A stretch of DNA of 64,000 bases. Origin: Heterodontus francisci (taxonomy: Eukaryota). The notes under the pieces were generated by a model that was not told the origin of the DNA, searched no databases, and saw only the letters and a list, made by a program, of their open reading frames with translations. The stretch lies in the NCBI RefSeq assembly GCF_036365525.1, contig NC_090399.1, forward strand, positions 53,848,430 to 53,912,429. Reading direction: 5' to 3'. A program made the translations under genes and the position numbers. Positions 52,101 through 64,000 of this stretch are shown piece after piece (the first letter of the stretch is position 1; each line of letters opens with the position of its first letter).

Positions 52101-55100
52101 TGAGGTCTGTGTGTTATTATATTTATATTATATCAATAATCCTGATCTCACTGGGGTCGGTGTGATGTTATTACAGGGAGTGAGGTCTGTGTGTTATTAT
52201 ATTTATATTATATTAATAATCCCGATCTCACTGGGGTCGGTGTGATGTTATTACAGGGAGTGAGGTCTGTGTGTTATTATATTTATATTATATTAATAAT
52301 CCCGATCTCACTGGGGTCGGTGATGTTATTACAGGGAGTGAGGGCTGTGTGTTATTGTATTTATATTATATTAATAATCCCGATCTCACTGGGGTCGGTG
52401 TGATGTTATTACAGGGAGTGAGGTCTGTGTGTTATTGTATTTATATTATATCAATAATCCCGATCTCACTGGGGTCGGTGTGATGTTATTACAGGGAGTG
52501 AGGTCTGTGCGTTATTATATTTATATTATATCAATAATCCCGATCTCACTGGGGTCGGTGTGATGTTATTACAGGGAGTGAGGTCTGTGTGTTATTATAT
52601 TTATATTATGTTAATAATCCTGATCTCACTGGGGTCGGTGTGATGTTATTACAGGGAGTGAGGTCTGTGTGTTATTATATTTATATTATGTTAATAATCC
52701 TGAACTCACTGGGGTCGGTGTGATGTTATTACAGGGAGTGAGGTCTGTGTGTTATTATATTTATATTATATCAATAATCCCGATCTCACTGGGGTCGGTG
52801 TGATGTTATTACAGGGAGTGCGGGCTGTGTGTTATTATATTTATATTATATCAATAATCCCGATCTCACTGGGGTCGGTGTGATGTTATTACAGGGAGTG
52901 AGGTCTGTGCGTTATTATATTTATATTATATCAATAATCCCGATCTCACTGGGGTCGGTGTGATGTTATTACAGGGAGTGAGGTCTGTGTGTTATTATAT
53001 TTATATTATGTTAATAATCCTGATCTCACTGGGGTCGGTGTGATGTTATTACAGGGAGTGAGGTCTGTGTGTTATTATATTTATATTATGTTAATAATCC
53101 TGAACTCACTGGGGTCGGTGTGATGTTATTACAGGGAGTGAGGTCTGTGTGTTATTATATTTATATTATATCAATAATCCCGATCTCACTGGGGTCGGTG
53201 TGATGTTATTACAGAGAGTGAGGGCTGTGTGTTATTATATTTATATTAATAATCCCGATCTCACTGGGGTCGGTGTGATGTTATTACAGGGAGTGAGGTC
53301 TGTGTGTTATTGTATTTATATTATATCAATAATCCTGATCTCACTGGGGTCGGTGTGATGTTATTACAGGGAGTGAGGTCTGTGTGTTATTATATTTATA
53401 TTATATTAATAATCCTGATCTCACTGCGGTCGGTGTGATGTTATTACAGGGAGTGAGGGCTGTGTGTTATTATATTTATATTATATTAATAATCCTGATC
53501 TCACTGGGGTCGGTGTGATGTTATTACAGGGAGTGAGGTCTGTGTGTTATTATATTTATATTATATCAATAATCCCGATCTCACTGGGGTCGGTGTGATG
53601 TTATTACAGGGAGTGAGGTCTGTGTGTTATTATATTTATATTATATTAATAATCCTGATCTCACTGGGGTCGGTGTGATGTTATTACACGGAGTGAGGGC
53701 TGTGTGTTATTATATTTATATTATATTAATAATCCTGATCTCACTGGGGTCGGTGTGATGTTATTACAGGGAGTGAGGTCTGTGTGTTATTATATTTATA
53801 TTATATTAATAATCCTGATCTCACTGGGGTCGGTGTGATGTTATTGCAGGGAGTGAGGTCTGTGTGTTATTATATTTATATTATATCAATAATCCCGATC
53901 TCACTGGGGTCGGTGTGATGTTATTGCAGGGAGTGAGGGCTGTGTGTTATTATATTTACATTATATCAATAATCCCGATCTCACTGGGGTCGGTGTGATG
54001 TTATTACAGGGAGTGAGGTCTGTGTGTTATTATATTTATATTATATCAATAATCCCGATCTCACTGGGGTCGGTGTGATGTTATTACAGGGAGTGAGGTC
54101 TGTGTGTTATTATATTTATATTATATCAATAATCCCGATCTCACTGGGGTCGGTGTGATGTTATTACAGGGAGTGAGGTCTGTGTGTTATTATATTTATA
54201 TTATATTAATAATCCTGATCTCACTGGGGTCGGTGTGATGTTATTACAGGGAGTGAGGTCTGTGTGTTATTATATTTATATTTTATTAATAATCCTGATC
54301 TCACTGGGGTCGGTGTGATGTTATTACAGGGAGTGAGGTCTGTGTGTTATTATATTTATATTATATTAATAATCCCGATCTCACTGGGGTCGGTGTGATG
54401 TTATTACAGGGAGTGAGGTCTGTGTGTTATTATATTTATATTATATCAATAATCCCGATCTCACTGGGGTCGGTGTGATGTTATTACAGGGAGTGCGGGC
54501 CGTGTGTTATTATATTTATATTATATCAATAATCCCGATCTCACTGGGGTCGGTGTAATGTTATTACAGGGAGTGAGGGCTGTGTGTTATTATATTTATA
54601 TTATATCAATAATCCCGATCTCACTGGGGTCGGTGTGATGTTATTACAGGGAGTGAGGTCTGTGTGTTATTATATTTATATTATATTAATAATCCCGATC
54701 TCACTGGGGTCGGTGTGATGTTATTACAGGGAGTGCGGGCCGTGTGTTATTATATTTATATTATATCAATAATCCCGATCTCACTGGGGTCGGTGTAATG
54801 TTATTACAGGGAGTGAGGTCTGTGTGTTATTATATTTATATTATATTAATAATCCTGATCTCACTGGGGTCGGTGTGATGCTATTACAGGGAGTGAGGTC
54901 TGTGTGTTATTGTATTTATATTATATTAATAATCCTGATCTCACTGGGGTCGGTGTGATGTTATTACAGGGAGTGAGGTCTGTGTGTTATTGTATTTATA
55001 TTATATTAATAATCCTGATCTCACTGGGGTCGGTGTGATGTTATTACAGGGAGTGAGGTCTGTGTGTTATTATATTTATATTATATTAATAATCCTGATC

Positions 55101-55790
55101 TCACTGGGGTCGGTGTGATGTTATTACAGGGAGTGAGGTCTGTGTGTTATTGTATTTATATTATATTAATAATCCTGATCTCACTGGGGTCGGTGTGATG
55201 TTATTACAGGGAGTGCGGGCTGTGTGTTATTATATTTATATTATATCAATAATCCCGATCTCACTGGGGTCGGTGTGATGTTATTACAGGGAGTGAGGTC
55301 TGTGTGTTATTGTATTTATGTTATATTAATAATCCTGATCTCACTGGGGTCGGTGTGATGTTATTACAGGGAGTGCGGGCTGTGTGTTATTATATTTATA
55401 TTATATCAATAATCCTGATCTCACTGGGGTCGGTGTGATGTTATTACAGGGAGTGAGGGCTGTGTGTTATTATATTTATATTATATTAATAATCCTGATC
55501 TCACTGGGGTCGGTGTGATGTTATTACAGGGAGTGAGGTCTGTGTGTTATTGTATTTATATTATATCAATAATCCCGATCTCACTGGGGTCAGTGTGATG
55601 TTATTACAGGGAGTGAGGTCTGTGTGTTATTATATTTATATTATATTAATAATCCTGATCTCACTGGGGTCGGTGTGATGTTATTACAGGGAGTGAGGTC
55701 TGTGTGTTATTGTATTTATATTATATTAATAATCCCGATCTCACTGGGGTCGGTGTGATGTTATTACAGGGAGTGTGGGATGTGTGTTAT
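31165..55790. repeat. 80-bp satellite array, about 308 copies; consensus GATCTCACTGGGGTCGGTGTGATGTTATTACAGGGAGTGAGGTCTGTGTGTTATTATATTTATATTATATTAATAATCCY
   Basis: CTGATCTCAC at 31201, 31281, 31361 and onward. Highly homogeneous, with only point variants and small indels. Confidence 0.99.
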
Positions 55791-57060
55791 TGGATGGCGG
55801 TGATGGGGAGGATATGATGTTGGAAGCTCAGTTTTGGGTCAATTATGACGCTGAAATTGAGAACAGTCCGGCTCAGCCTCTGACATGTTCAAAGCGTGGG
55901 ATGGAGCCAGTGTCTAGGGAACAGGGTTTGTGGCAGGGTCTGAAGACACTGGCTTCAGTCTTCCAAATGTTCAGTGGAGGAAATTTCTGCTGATCCCTTA
56001 CTGGATATGAGACAAGCTGTGTGTAAGATCAGAGACAGTAGAGAGGTCGAGAGAGGTGGTGGGGATGTAGAGCTGGGTGTTGTCAGCTTACATGTGAAAT
56101 CTAATATCACTGACGGGCAGCATGTCGATGAGAAATAGGAGGGGGATAAGGATAGATCTGTACGAGACACCACAGGTAATGGTGCGGGGATGCGAAGGGA
56201 AACAATTACAGGTGATTCTCTGGCTATGACAGATAGCTAGGAATTGAACCTGGTTAGGACAGTCTCACCCAGCTGGACAACAGTGGAGAGGAATAGGAGG
56301 AGGATGGTCTGGTCACCTGTGTCAAAGGCTGCAGACAGGTCAAGAAGGATGAAGAGGTATAGTTTACCTTTGTCACAGTCACAAAGGATATCATTTGTGG
56401 CTTTGATCAGGGCCATTTCAGTACTGTGGCAGGGGCAGAAATCTGATTGAAAAAGGGTTTGGGATGTTTTTTTTGCAGGGGATTGGTGAAAGTATATTTA
56501 GAATGGTGGGGAACAATATGTGAGGAGAGAGAACCATTAATAATATCAGCTAACGTGAGGGCCAGAAAGGGAAAATGGATAGTCCTTTTATTGAGAATAG
56601 GATTGAAGGAGGATTACGTGGGTCTGAATGGACAAAATGAGCTTGGAAAGTGTATGAGGTGATATAGGAGAGAAAGTAGGGAAAGATGTGAGGTTGGAGC
56701 TGTGGCAGGGGGATCCTTTGGGAAAGTCCAGCTCGGTGGGTGAAGGTGAGTGAGGGAAGCTGCAGAGATAGCTGAATTAATGGTGATAGTTTTACTGACA
56801 AAGAGGTCCATATCCGGTTGTCATTGGAAGTGATGGGGAAAAGGGACTTGGGAAATTGGGACTCGGGGAGAGGGGGTGGGGTGAGGCAGGGAGTCAGGAG
56901 ATGAGAACATTGGGATTTGGGACTTGACAGACATGAGTTTGGGAGATCAGAACTTGTATTGGGGTGGGGGTGGGAAGGGTGGAAGAGAAAGAGAGAGGGA
57001 GACTGGGAAATGGTTTCAATGTTTCTCCAGAACCACTCATCCAGCAAAGCTGGGAACAGC
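55791..57060 (-). mobile_element. L2 LINE ORF2 fragment (reverse transcriptase), pseudogenised
   Basis: Minus-strand translation QSDFCPCHSTEMALIKATNDILCDCDKGKLYLFILLDLSAAFDT (56450 to ~56320). The YADD motif has decayed to FHM*ADN near 56090. The part above 56450 is more degenerate. Confidence 0.85.
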
Positions 57061-57074
57061 GGGAGCAACACATT

Positions 57075-58304
57075 GAGTGGGAGAGACACAGAGAGGAGGA
57101 GCAGATAGTAAAGGGGAGAGTGGGAGAGACACTGAGAGGAGCAGTCAGTAAAGGCGAGAGTGGGAGAGACACTGAGAGAGGAGCAGACAGTAAAGGGGAG
57201 AGTGGGAGAGACACTGAGAGAGGAGCAGACAGTAAAGGGGAGAGTGGGAGAGACACTGAGAGAGGAGCAGACAGTAAAGGAGAGAGTGGGAGAGACAATG
57301 AGAGAGGAGCAGACAGTAAAGGAGAGAGTGGGAGAGACAATGAGAGAGGAGCAGACAGTAAAGGGGAGAGTGGGAGAGACACAGAGAGAGGAGCAGACAG
57401 TAAAGGGGAGAGTGGGAGAGACACTGAGAGAGGAGCAGATAGTAAAGGGGAGAGTGGGAGAGACACTGAGAGAGGAGCAGACAGTAAAGGGGAGAGTGGG
57501 AGAGACACTGAGAGAGGAGCAGACAGTAAAGGAGAGAGTGGGAGAGACAATGAGAGAGGAGCAGACAGTAAAGGGGAGAGTGGGAGAGACACAGAGAGAG
57601 GAGCAGACAGTAAAGGGGAGAGTGGGAGAGACAATGAGAGAGGAGCAGACAGTAAACAAGAGAGTGGGAGAGACACTGAGAGAGGAGCAGACAGTAAAGG
57701 AGAGAGTGGGAGAGACACAGAGAGAGGAGCAGACAGTAAAGGAGAGAATGGAAGAGACACTGAGAGCGGAGCAGTCAGTAAAGGAGAGAGTGGGAGAGAC
57801 ACAGAGAGAGGAGCAGACAGTAAAGGCGAGATTGGGAGAGGCACTGAGAGAGGAGCAGTCAGTAAACGAGAGAGTGGGAGAGACTCAGAGAGAGGAGCAG
57901 ACAGTAAAGGGGAGAGTGGGAGAGACACTGAGAGAGGAGCAGACAGTAAAGGAGAGAGTGGGAGAGACACTGAGAGAGGAGCAGTCAGTAAAGGGGAGAG
58001 TGGGAGAGACACTGAGAGAGGAGCAGACAGTAAAGGAGAGAGTGGGAGAGACACTGAGAGAGGAGCAGTCAGTAAAGGAGAGAGTGGGAGAGACACTGAG
58101 AGAGGAGCAGACAGTAAAGGAGAGAGTGGGAGAGACACTGAGAGAGGAGCAGACAGTAAAGGAGAGAGTGGGAGAGACACTGAGAGAGGAGCAGACAGTA
58201 AAGGAGAGAGTGGGAGAGACACTGAGAGAGGAGCAGACAGTAAAGGAGAGAGTGGGAGAGACACTGAGAGAGGAGCAGACAGTAAAGGAGAGAGTGGGAG
58301 AGAC
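57075..58304. repeat. 42-bp purine-rich minisatellite, about 29 copies (GAGAGTGGGAGAGACACTGAGAGAGGAGCAGACAGTAAAGGR)
   Basis: 14-aa periodicity in the overlapping ORFs (GESGRDTERGADSK). Confidence 0.97.
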
Positions 58305-58399
58305 TGGATCAAAGCTATTGGGTGAGATCTTTTTCTTTGCTGCCTGGAGAATCAGCCAGACTCCCTTACTGCAATCTTCCCCACCTGATTTCCTCTGTG

Positions 58400-58960
58400 C
58401 CCTAGTGATTCTTGTTGCCCAGGTAGTAAAGGCTAACACCCACCTCACTGTATTCAGCTCCTGTCCCTTCTTCGGCTGCAAGGCTAAATCTAATGGTATT
58501 TATTCCTAGCGTCCTGATTGACCCTGAGCTGTGATCTAAAATTTTCAAGATTACGTAATTCTCCTCATTCTACTTCTGTAAGAGTGTCCACCTCTGTCCA
58601 ACCTCACCCTCAGTACCATGAACACACACATATTCCTATTCATTATCTCCAGACTCGGTTGCTCCAAATTTCATTGCCAGTTTCCTGACTTCCACATTTC
58701 ACAGACTGCACTCATCCAAAAACTTGCTGCCTGTGCCCTATCCCCTGTTAACTTGCACTCTCTTCTGCCTGTCATTCTCATTCTCCATTGGTTTTCTGAC
58801 CCCCCAGTGCGTTGACCTCATAATTCTTGTACCTATATATAAGTCATCCACAGCGATGCCCCTCTCTACCTCTGCAACCACATTCAGCCCTGTTTCTTCA
58901 CAAAACTTCTACTTGTCAAACTCTGGCCATCTTTACATCCTCTCTGCCTCTGCTCCAACT
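58400..58960 (+). mobile_element. Degenerate L2 LINE ORF2 C-terminal fragment
   Basis: Motifs VLIDPEL, FIISRL and LIQKLAA followed by LHW correspond to the L2 post-RT region. Confidence 0.65.
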
Positions 58961-58969
58961 TTGATTCAG

Positions 58970-59900
58970 GGAATAAGAAACTTGATGGACCAAGGTGGAC
59001 AAGGACCAAGGTCCATCAAGTCTGTCATTTACCATCCTGGTAGTCACATTTTTTAATTCTTTCATGGGATGTGGGCATCACTGACTATGCCAGCATTTAT
59101 TGTCCATCCTTAATTACCCTTGAGAAGGTGGTGGTGAGCCACCTTCTTGAACCGCTGCAGTCCATCTGATGTGCATGCACCCATAGTGATGTTCGGAAGG
59201 GAGTTCCAGGATTTTGATCCAGCGACAGTGAAGGAACGGCAGCAATATAGTTGCAAGTCAGGATGGCGTGTGGCTTGGAGGGAAACTTGTAGGTGATGGT
59301 GTTCCCATGCATCTGCTGCCCTTGTCCTTCTTGGTGATCGAGATAGTGAGTCAGAAGATGTTGTCACAGGAGCCTTGGTGAGTTGCTGCAGTGCATCTTG
59401 TAGCTGGTAATCTTTGCTGCCACTGTGCGTCGGTGGTGGAGGGAATGAATGTCAAGGGGAGATGGTTAGATTCTCTGTTATTTGAGATGGTCATTGCCTG
59501 GCACTTGTATGGCGCAAAATTAACTTAACACGAATCAGCCCAAGCCTGAATGTTGTTCAGGTCTTGCTGCATATAGACACGGACAATAATAATGGAGTTG
59601 TTGACTAATCATAGCGATTAATGCCCATCAATTAATGTACAACAGACCCTGACATCAGGCGAGGAAAATTCCCAGTGGTGAAGAGCTTTGGCATCCATTA
59701 GCCGAATAATCACCTGTTCCTCCCAATCCTGAATCACTCCCCACATATCACATCTTAAATTACTTAGATATTGGATCACAAAAAGTTATGAATGAAACTT
59801 GTGTAATTTCCCTTCAGTTATCTTATCCCCGAATGCTGGAATTCTATCTCCAAACCATTTCCTTGCTTCTGTCCCTCTCTTGTTCGGAAATGCCATTGTA
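58970..59900 (-). mobile_element. Old CR1 3' end, interrupted by a younger LINE
   Basis: GACCAAGGTCCATC...ACCATCCTGGTAGTC resumes after 59582 with ATAATGGAGTTGTTGACTAATCATAGC. A weak ORF2-end motif (NGI...TEAR) lies near 59860-59900. Confidence 0.45.
59048..59582 (-). mobile_element. CR1-group LINE 3' fragment, probably with an internal deletion near 59455
   Basis: ORF end RSFTVAGSKSWNSLPN...GLQRFKKVAHHHLLKGN*, then 3' tail GATGCCCACATCCCATGAAAGAATTAAAAAA. Confidence 0.85.
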
Positions 59901-59901
59901 A

Positions 59902-62900
59902 CATCTGGGTAATCCCTGTTTAATATCTTGTTTATCCCTGTTTAATATCTGTCTTTGTACCTGTTTATTATCTGGTTTATCCCTGTTTAATATCTGGTTT
60001 ACCCCTGTTTAATAGTTGGGTTTATTCCTGTTTTATATCTGGGTTCATTCCTCTTTATTATCTGGTTCATCCCTGTTTAATATCTGGTTTATCCCTGTTT
60101 AATATCTGGTTTATCCCTGTTTAATATCTGGTTTATCCCTGTTTAATAGTTGGGTTTATTCCTGTTTTATATCTGGGTTCATTCCTCTTTATTATCTGGT
60201 TCATCCCTGTTTAATATCTGGTTTATCCCTGTTTATTATCTGGTTTATCCCTGTTTAATATCTGGTTTATCCCTGTTTATTATCTGGTTCATCCCTGTTT
60301 AATATCTGGTTTATCCCTGTTTAATATCTGGTTTATTCCTGTTTAATATCTGGTTTATTCCTGTTTAATATCTGGTTTATCCCTGTTTAATATCTGGTTT
60401 ATCCCTGTTTAATATCTGGTTTATCCCTTTTTAATATCTGCTTTATTCCTGTATAATATCTGTCTTTGTACCTGTTTAATATCTGGTTTATTCCTGTTTA
60501 ATATCTGTCTTTGTACCTGTTTAATATCTGGTTTATCCCTGTTTAATATCTGGTTTATTCCTGTTTAATATCTGGTTTATCCCTGTTTAATATCTGGTTT
60601 ATCCCTGTTTAATATCTGGTTTATCCCTTTTTAATATCTGCTTTATTCCTGTATAATATCTGTCTTTGTACCTGTTTAATATCTGGTTTATTCCTGTTTA
60701 ATATCTGTCTTTGTACCTGTTTAATATCTGGTTTATCCCTGTTTTATATCTGGTTTATCCCTGTTTAATATCTGTCTTTATTCCTGTTTAATATCTGTCT
60801 TTGTACCTGTTTAATATCTGGTTTATTCCTGTTTAATATCTGTCTTTGTACCTGTTTAATTTCTGGTTTATCCCTGTTTAATATCTGGTTTATCCCTTTT
60901 TAATATCTGCTTTATTCCTGTATAATATCTGTCTTTGTACCTGTTTAATATCTGGTTTATTCCTGTTTAATATCTGGTTTATCCCTTTTTAATATCTGCT
61001 TTATTCCTGTATAATATCTGTCTTTGTACCTGTTTAATATCTGGTTTATCCCTGTTTAATATCTGGTTTATCCCTTTTTAATATCTGCTTTATTCCTGTA
61101 TAATATCTGTCTTTGTACCTGTTTAATATCTGGTTTATTCCTGTTTAATATCTGTCTTTGTACCTGTTTAATATCTGGTTTATCCCTGTTTTATATCTGG
61201 TTTATCCCTGTTTAATATCTGTCTTTATTCCTGTTTAATATCTGTCTTTGTACCTGTTTAATATCTGGTTTATTCCTGTTTAATATCTGTCTTTGTACCT
61301 GTTTAATTTCTGGTTTATCCCTGTTTAATATCTGGTTTATCCCTGTTTAATATCTGTCTTTATTCCTGTTTAATATCTGTCTTTGTACCTGTTTAATATC
61401 TGGGTTTATTCCTGTTTAATATCTGTCTTTGTACCTGTTTAATATCTGGTTTATTCCTGTTTAATATCTGTCTTTGTACCTGTTTAATATCTGGTTTATT
61501 CCTGTTTAATATCTGTCTTTGTACCTGTTTAATATCTGCTTTATTCCTGTTTAATATCTGTCTTTGTACCTGTTTAATATCTGGTTTATTCCTGTTTAAT
61601 ATCTGTCTTTGTACCTGTTTAATATCTGGTTTATTCCTGTTTAATATCTGTCTTTGTACCTGTTTAATATCTGCTTTATTCCTGTTTAATATCTGTCTTT
61701 GTACCTGTTTAATATCTGGTTTATTCCTGTTTAATATCTGTCTTTGTACCTGTTTAATATCTGTCTTTATTCCTGTTTAATATCTGTCTTTGTACCTGTT
61801 TAATATCTGGTTTATTCCTGTTTAATATCTGTCTTTGTACCTGTTTAATATCTGGTTTATTCCTGTTTAATATCTGTCTTTATTCCTGTTTAATATCTGT
61901 CTTTGTACCTGTTTAATATCTGCTTTATTCCTGTTTAATATCTGTCTTTGTACCTGTTTAATATCTGGTTTATTCCTGTTTAATATCTGTCTTTGCACCT
62001 GTTTAATATCTGGTTTATTCCTGTTTAATATCTGTCTTTGCACCTGTTTATTATCTGGTTTATCCCTGTTTAATATCTGTCTTTATTCCTGTTTAATATC
62101 TGTCTTTGTACCTGTTTAATATCTGGTTTATTCCTGTTTAATATCTGTCTTTGTACCTGTTTAATATCTGGTTTATTCCTGTTTAATATCTGTCTTTGTA
62201 CCTGTTTAATATCTGTCTTTATTCCTGTTTAATATCTGTCTTTGTACCTGTTTAATATCTGGGTTTATTCCTGTTTAATATCTGTCTTTGTACCTGTTTA
62301 ATATCTGGTTTATTCCTGTTTAATATCTGTCTTTGTACCTGTTTAATATCTGCTTTATTCCTGTTTAATATCTGTCTTTGTACCTGTTTTATATCTGGGT
62401 TCATTCCTCTTTATTATCTGGTTTATCCCTGTTTAACATCTGCTTTATTCCTGTTTAATATCTGTCTTTGTACCTGTTTAATATCTGGTTTATTCCTGTT
62501 TAATATCTGTCTTTGTACCTGTTTAATATCTGGTTTATCCCTGTTTAATATCTGTCTTTATTCCTGTTTAATATCTGTCTTTGTACCTGTTTAATATCTG
62601 GTTTATTCCTGTTTAATATCTGTCTTTGTACCTGTTTAATATCTGGTTTATCCCTGTTTATTATCTGGTTTATCCCTGTTTAATATCTGCTTTATTCCTG
62701 TTTAATATCTGTCTTTGTACCTGTTTATTATCCGGTTTATCCCTGTTTAATATCTGGTTTATCCCTTTTTAATAGTTGGGTTTATTCCTGTTTTATATCT
62801 GGGTTCATTCCTCTTTATTATCTGGTTTATCCCTGTATAATATCTGGTTTATCCCTGTTTAATATCTGGGTTTATCCATGTTTAATGGCTGGGTTCATTC

Positions 62901-64000
62901 CATGCTTAATATATGGCTGTACTCCCTGTTTAATATCTGGTTTATTCCTGTTTAATATCTGTCTTTGTACCTGTTTAATATCTGGTTTATCCCTGTTTAT
63001 TATCTGGTTTATCCCTGTTTAATATCTGCTTTATTCCTGTTTAATATCTGTCTTTGTACCTGTTTATTATCTGGTTTATCCCTGTTTAATATCTGGTTTA
63101 TCCCTTTTTAATAGTTGGGTTTATTCCTGTTTTATATCTGGGTTCATTCCTCTTTATTATCTGGTTTATCCCTGTTTAATATCTGGTTTATCCCTGTTTA
63201 ATAGTTGGGTTTATTCCTGTTTTATATCTGGGTTCATTCCTCTTTATTATCTGGTTTATCCCTGTTTAATATCTGTCTTTGTACCTGTTTAATATCTGGT
63301 TTATTCCTGTTTAATATCTGTCTTTGTACATGTTTAATATCTGTCTTTATTCCTGTTTAATATCTGTCTTTGTACCTGTTTCATATCTGGGTTTATTCCT
63401 GTTTAATATCTGTCTTTGTACCTGGTTAATATCTGGTTTATTCCTGTTTAATATCTGTCTTTGTACCTGTTTAATATCTGCTTTATTCCTGTTTAATATA
63501 TGTCTTTGTACCTGTTTAATATCTGGTTTATTCCTGTTTAATATCTGTCTTTGTACCTGTTTAATATCTGCTTTATCCCTGTTTATTATCTGGTTTATGC
63601 CTGTTTAATATCTGGTTTATCCCTGTTTAATATCTGTCTTTGTACCTGTTTAATATCTGGTTTATCCCTGTTTAATATCTGGTTTATCCCTTTTTAATAG
63701 TTGGGTTTATTCCTGTTTTATATCTGGGTTCATTCCTCTTTATTATCTGGTTTATCCCTGTTTAATATCTGGTTTATCCCTGTTTAATAGTTGGGTTTAT
63801 TCCTGTTTTATATCTGGGTTCATTCCTCTTTATTATCTGGTTTATCCCTGTTTAATATCTGGTTTATTCCTGTTTAATATCTGGTTTATCCCTGTTTAAT
63901 ATCTGGTTTATCCCTGTTTAATATCTGGTTTATCCCTTTTTAATATCTGCTTTATTCCTGTTTAATATCTGTCTTTGTACCTGTTTAATATCTGGTTTAT
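59902..64000. repeat. 22/23-bp AT-rich minisatellite (AATATCTGGTTTATCCCTGTTT / AATATCTGTCTTTGTACCTGTTT), often as a 45-bp dimer; runs off the right edge
   Basis: Period 22 at 60301/60323. Alternating 22+23 units dominate ~61380-62390. Confidence 0.97.

Noticed and set aside
31165-55790. CRISPR-like or tRNA/snRNA gene array
   Set aside because: There are no unique spacers and no cas genes, the context is eukaryotic, and the monomer has no recognisable Pol III boxes or RNA fold.
56550-58509. ORFs of 369-472 aa as real repetitive proteins
   Set aside because: They overlap on both strands, begin inside a decayed L2, and are explained by a stop-poor 42-bp repeat.

Overview
This is eukaryotic DNA, most likely from a cartilaginous fish (shark or ray), inferred from HE1/V-SINE, SacSINE1/DeuSINE and shark-type CR1/L2 sequences. 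About 50 kb of the 64 kb is four tandem arrays: a 52/53-bp satellite (1-~20500), an 80-bp satellite (~31165-55790), a 42-bp purine-rich minisatellite (~57075-58304) and a 22/23-bp minisatellite (~59902-end). The rest is a mosaic of nested, decayed mobile elements. These include four HE1-type V-SINEs, a DeuSINE, a second tRNA-SINE, CR1 and L2 fragments, a solo LTR carrying a MITE and a LINE stub, a Penelope terminal fragment with a hammerhead-like motif, and a decayed Ty1/copia (GalEa-like) LTR-PBS-gag. No convincing protein-coding gene is present; the long ORFs are products of the repeats. I found no CRISPR or prokaryotic system and no clearly new biological system. The most interesting signal is that the 53-bp satellite, and more tentatively the 22-bp and 80-bp arrays, appears to be an amplified piece of the LINE ORF2 fragment it abuts. 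Family names come from my recollection of consensus sequences, not from database searches.
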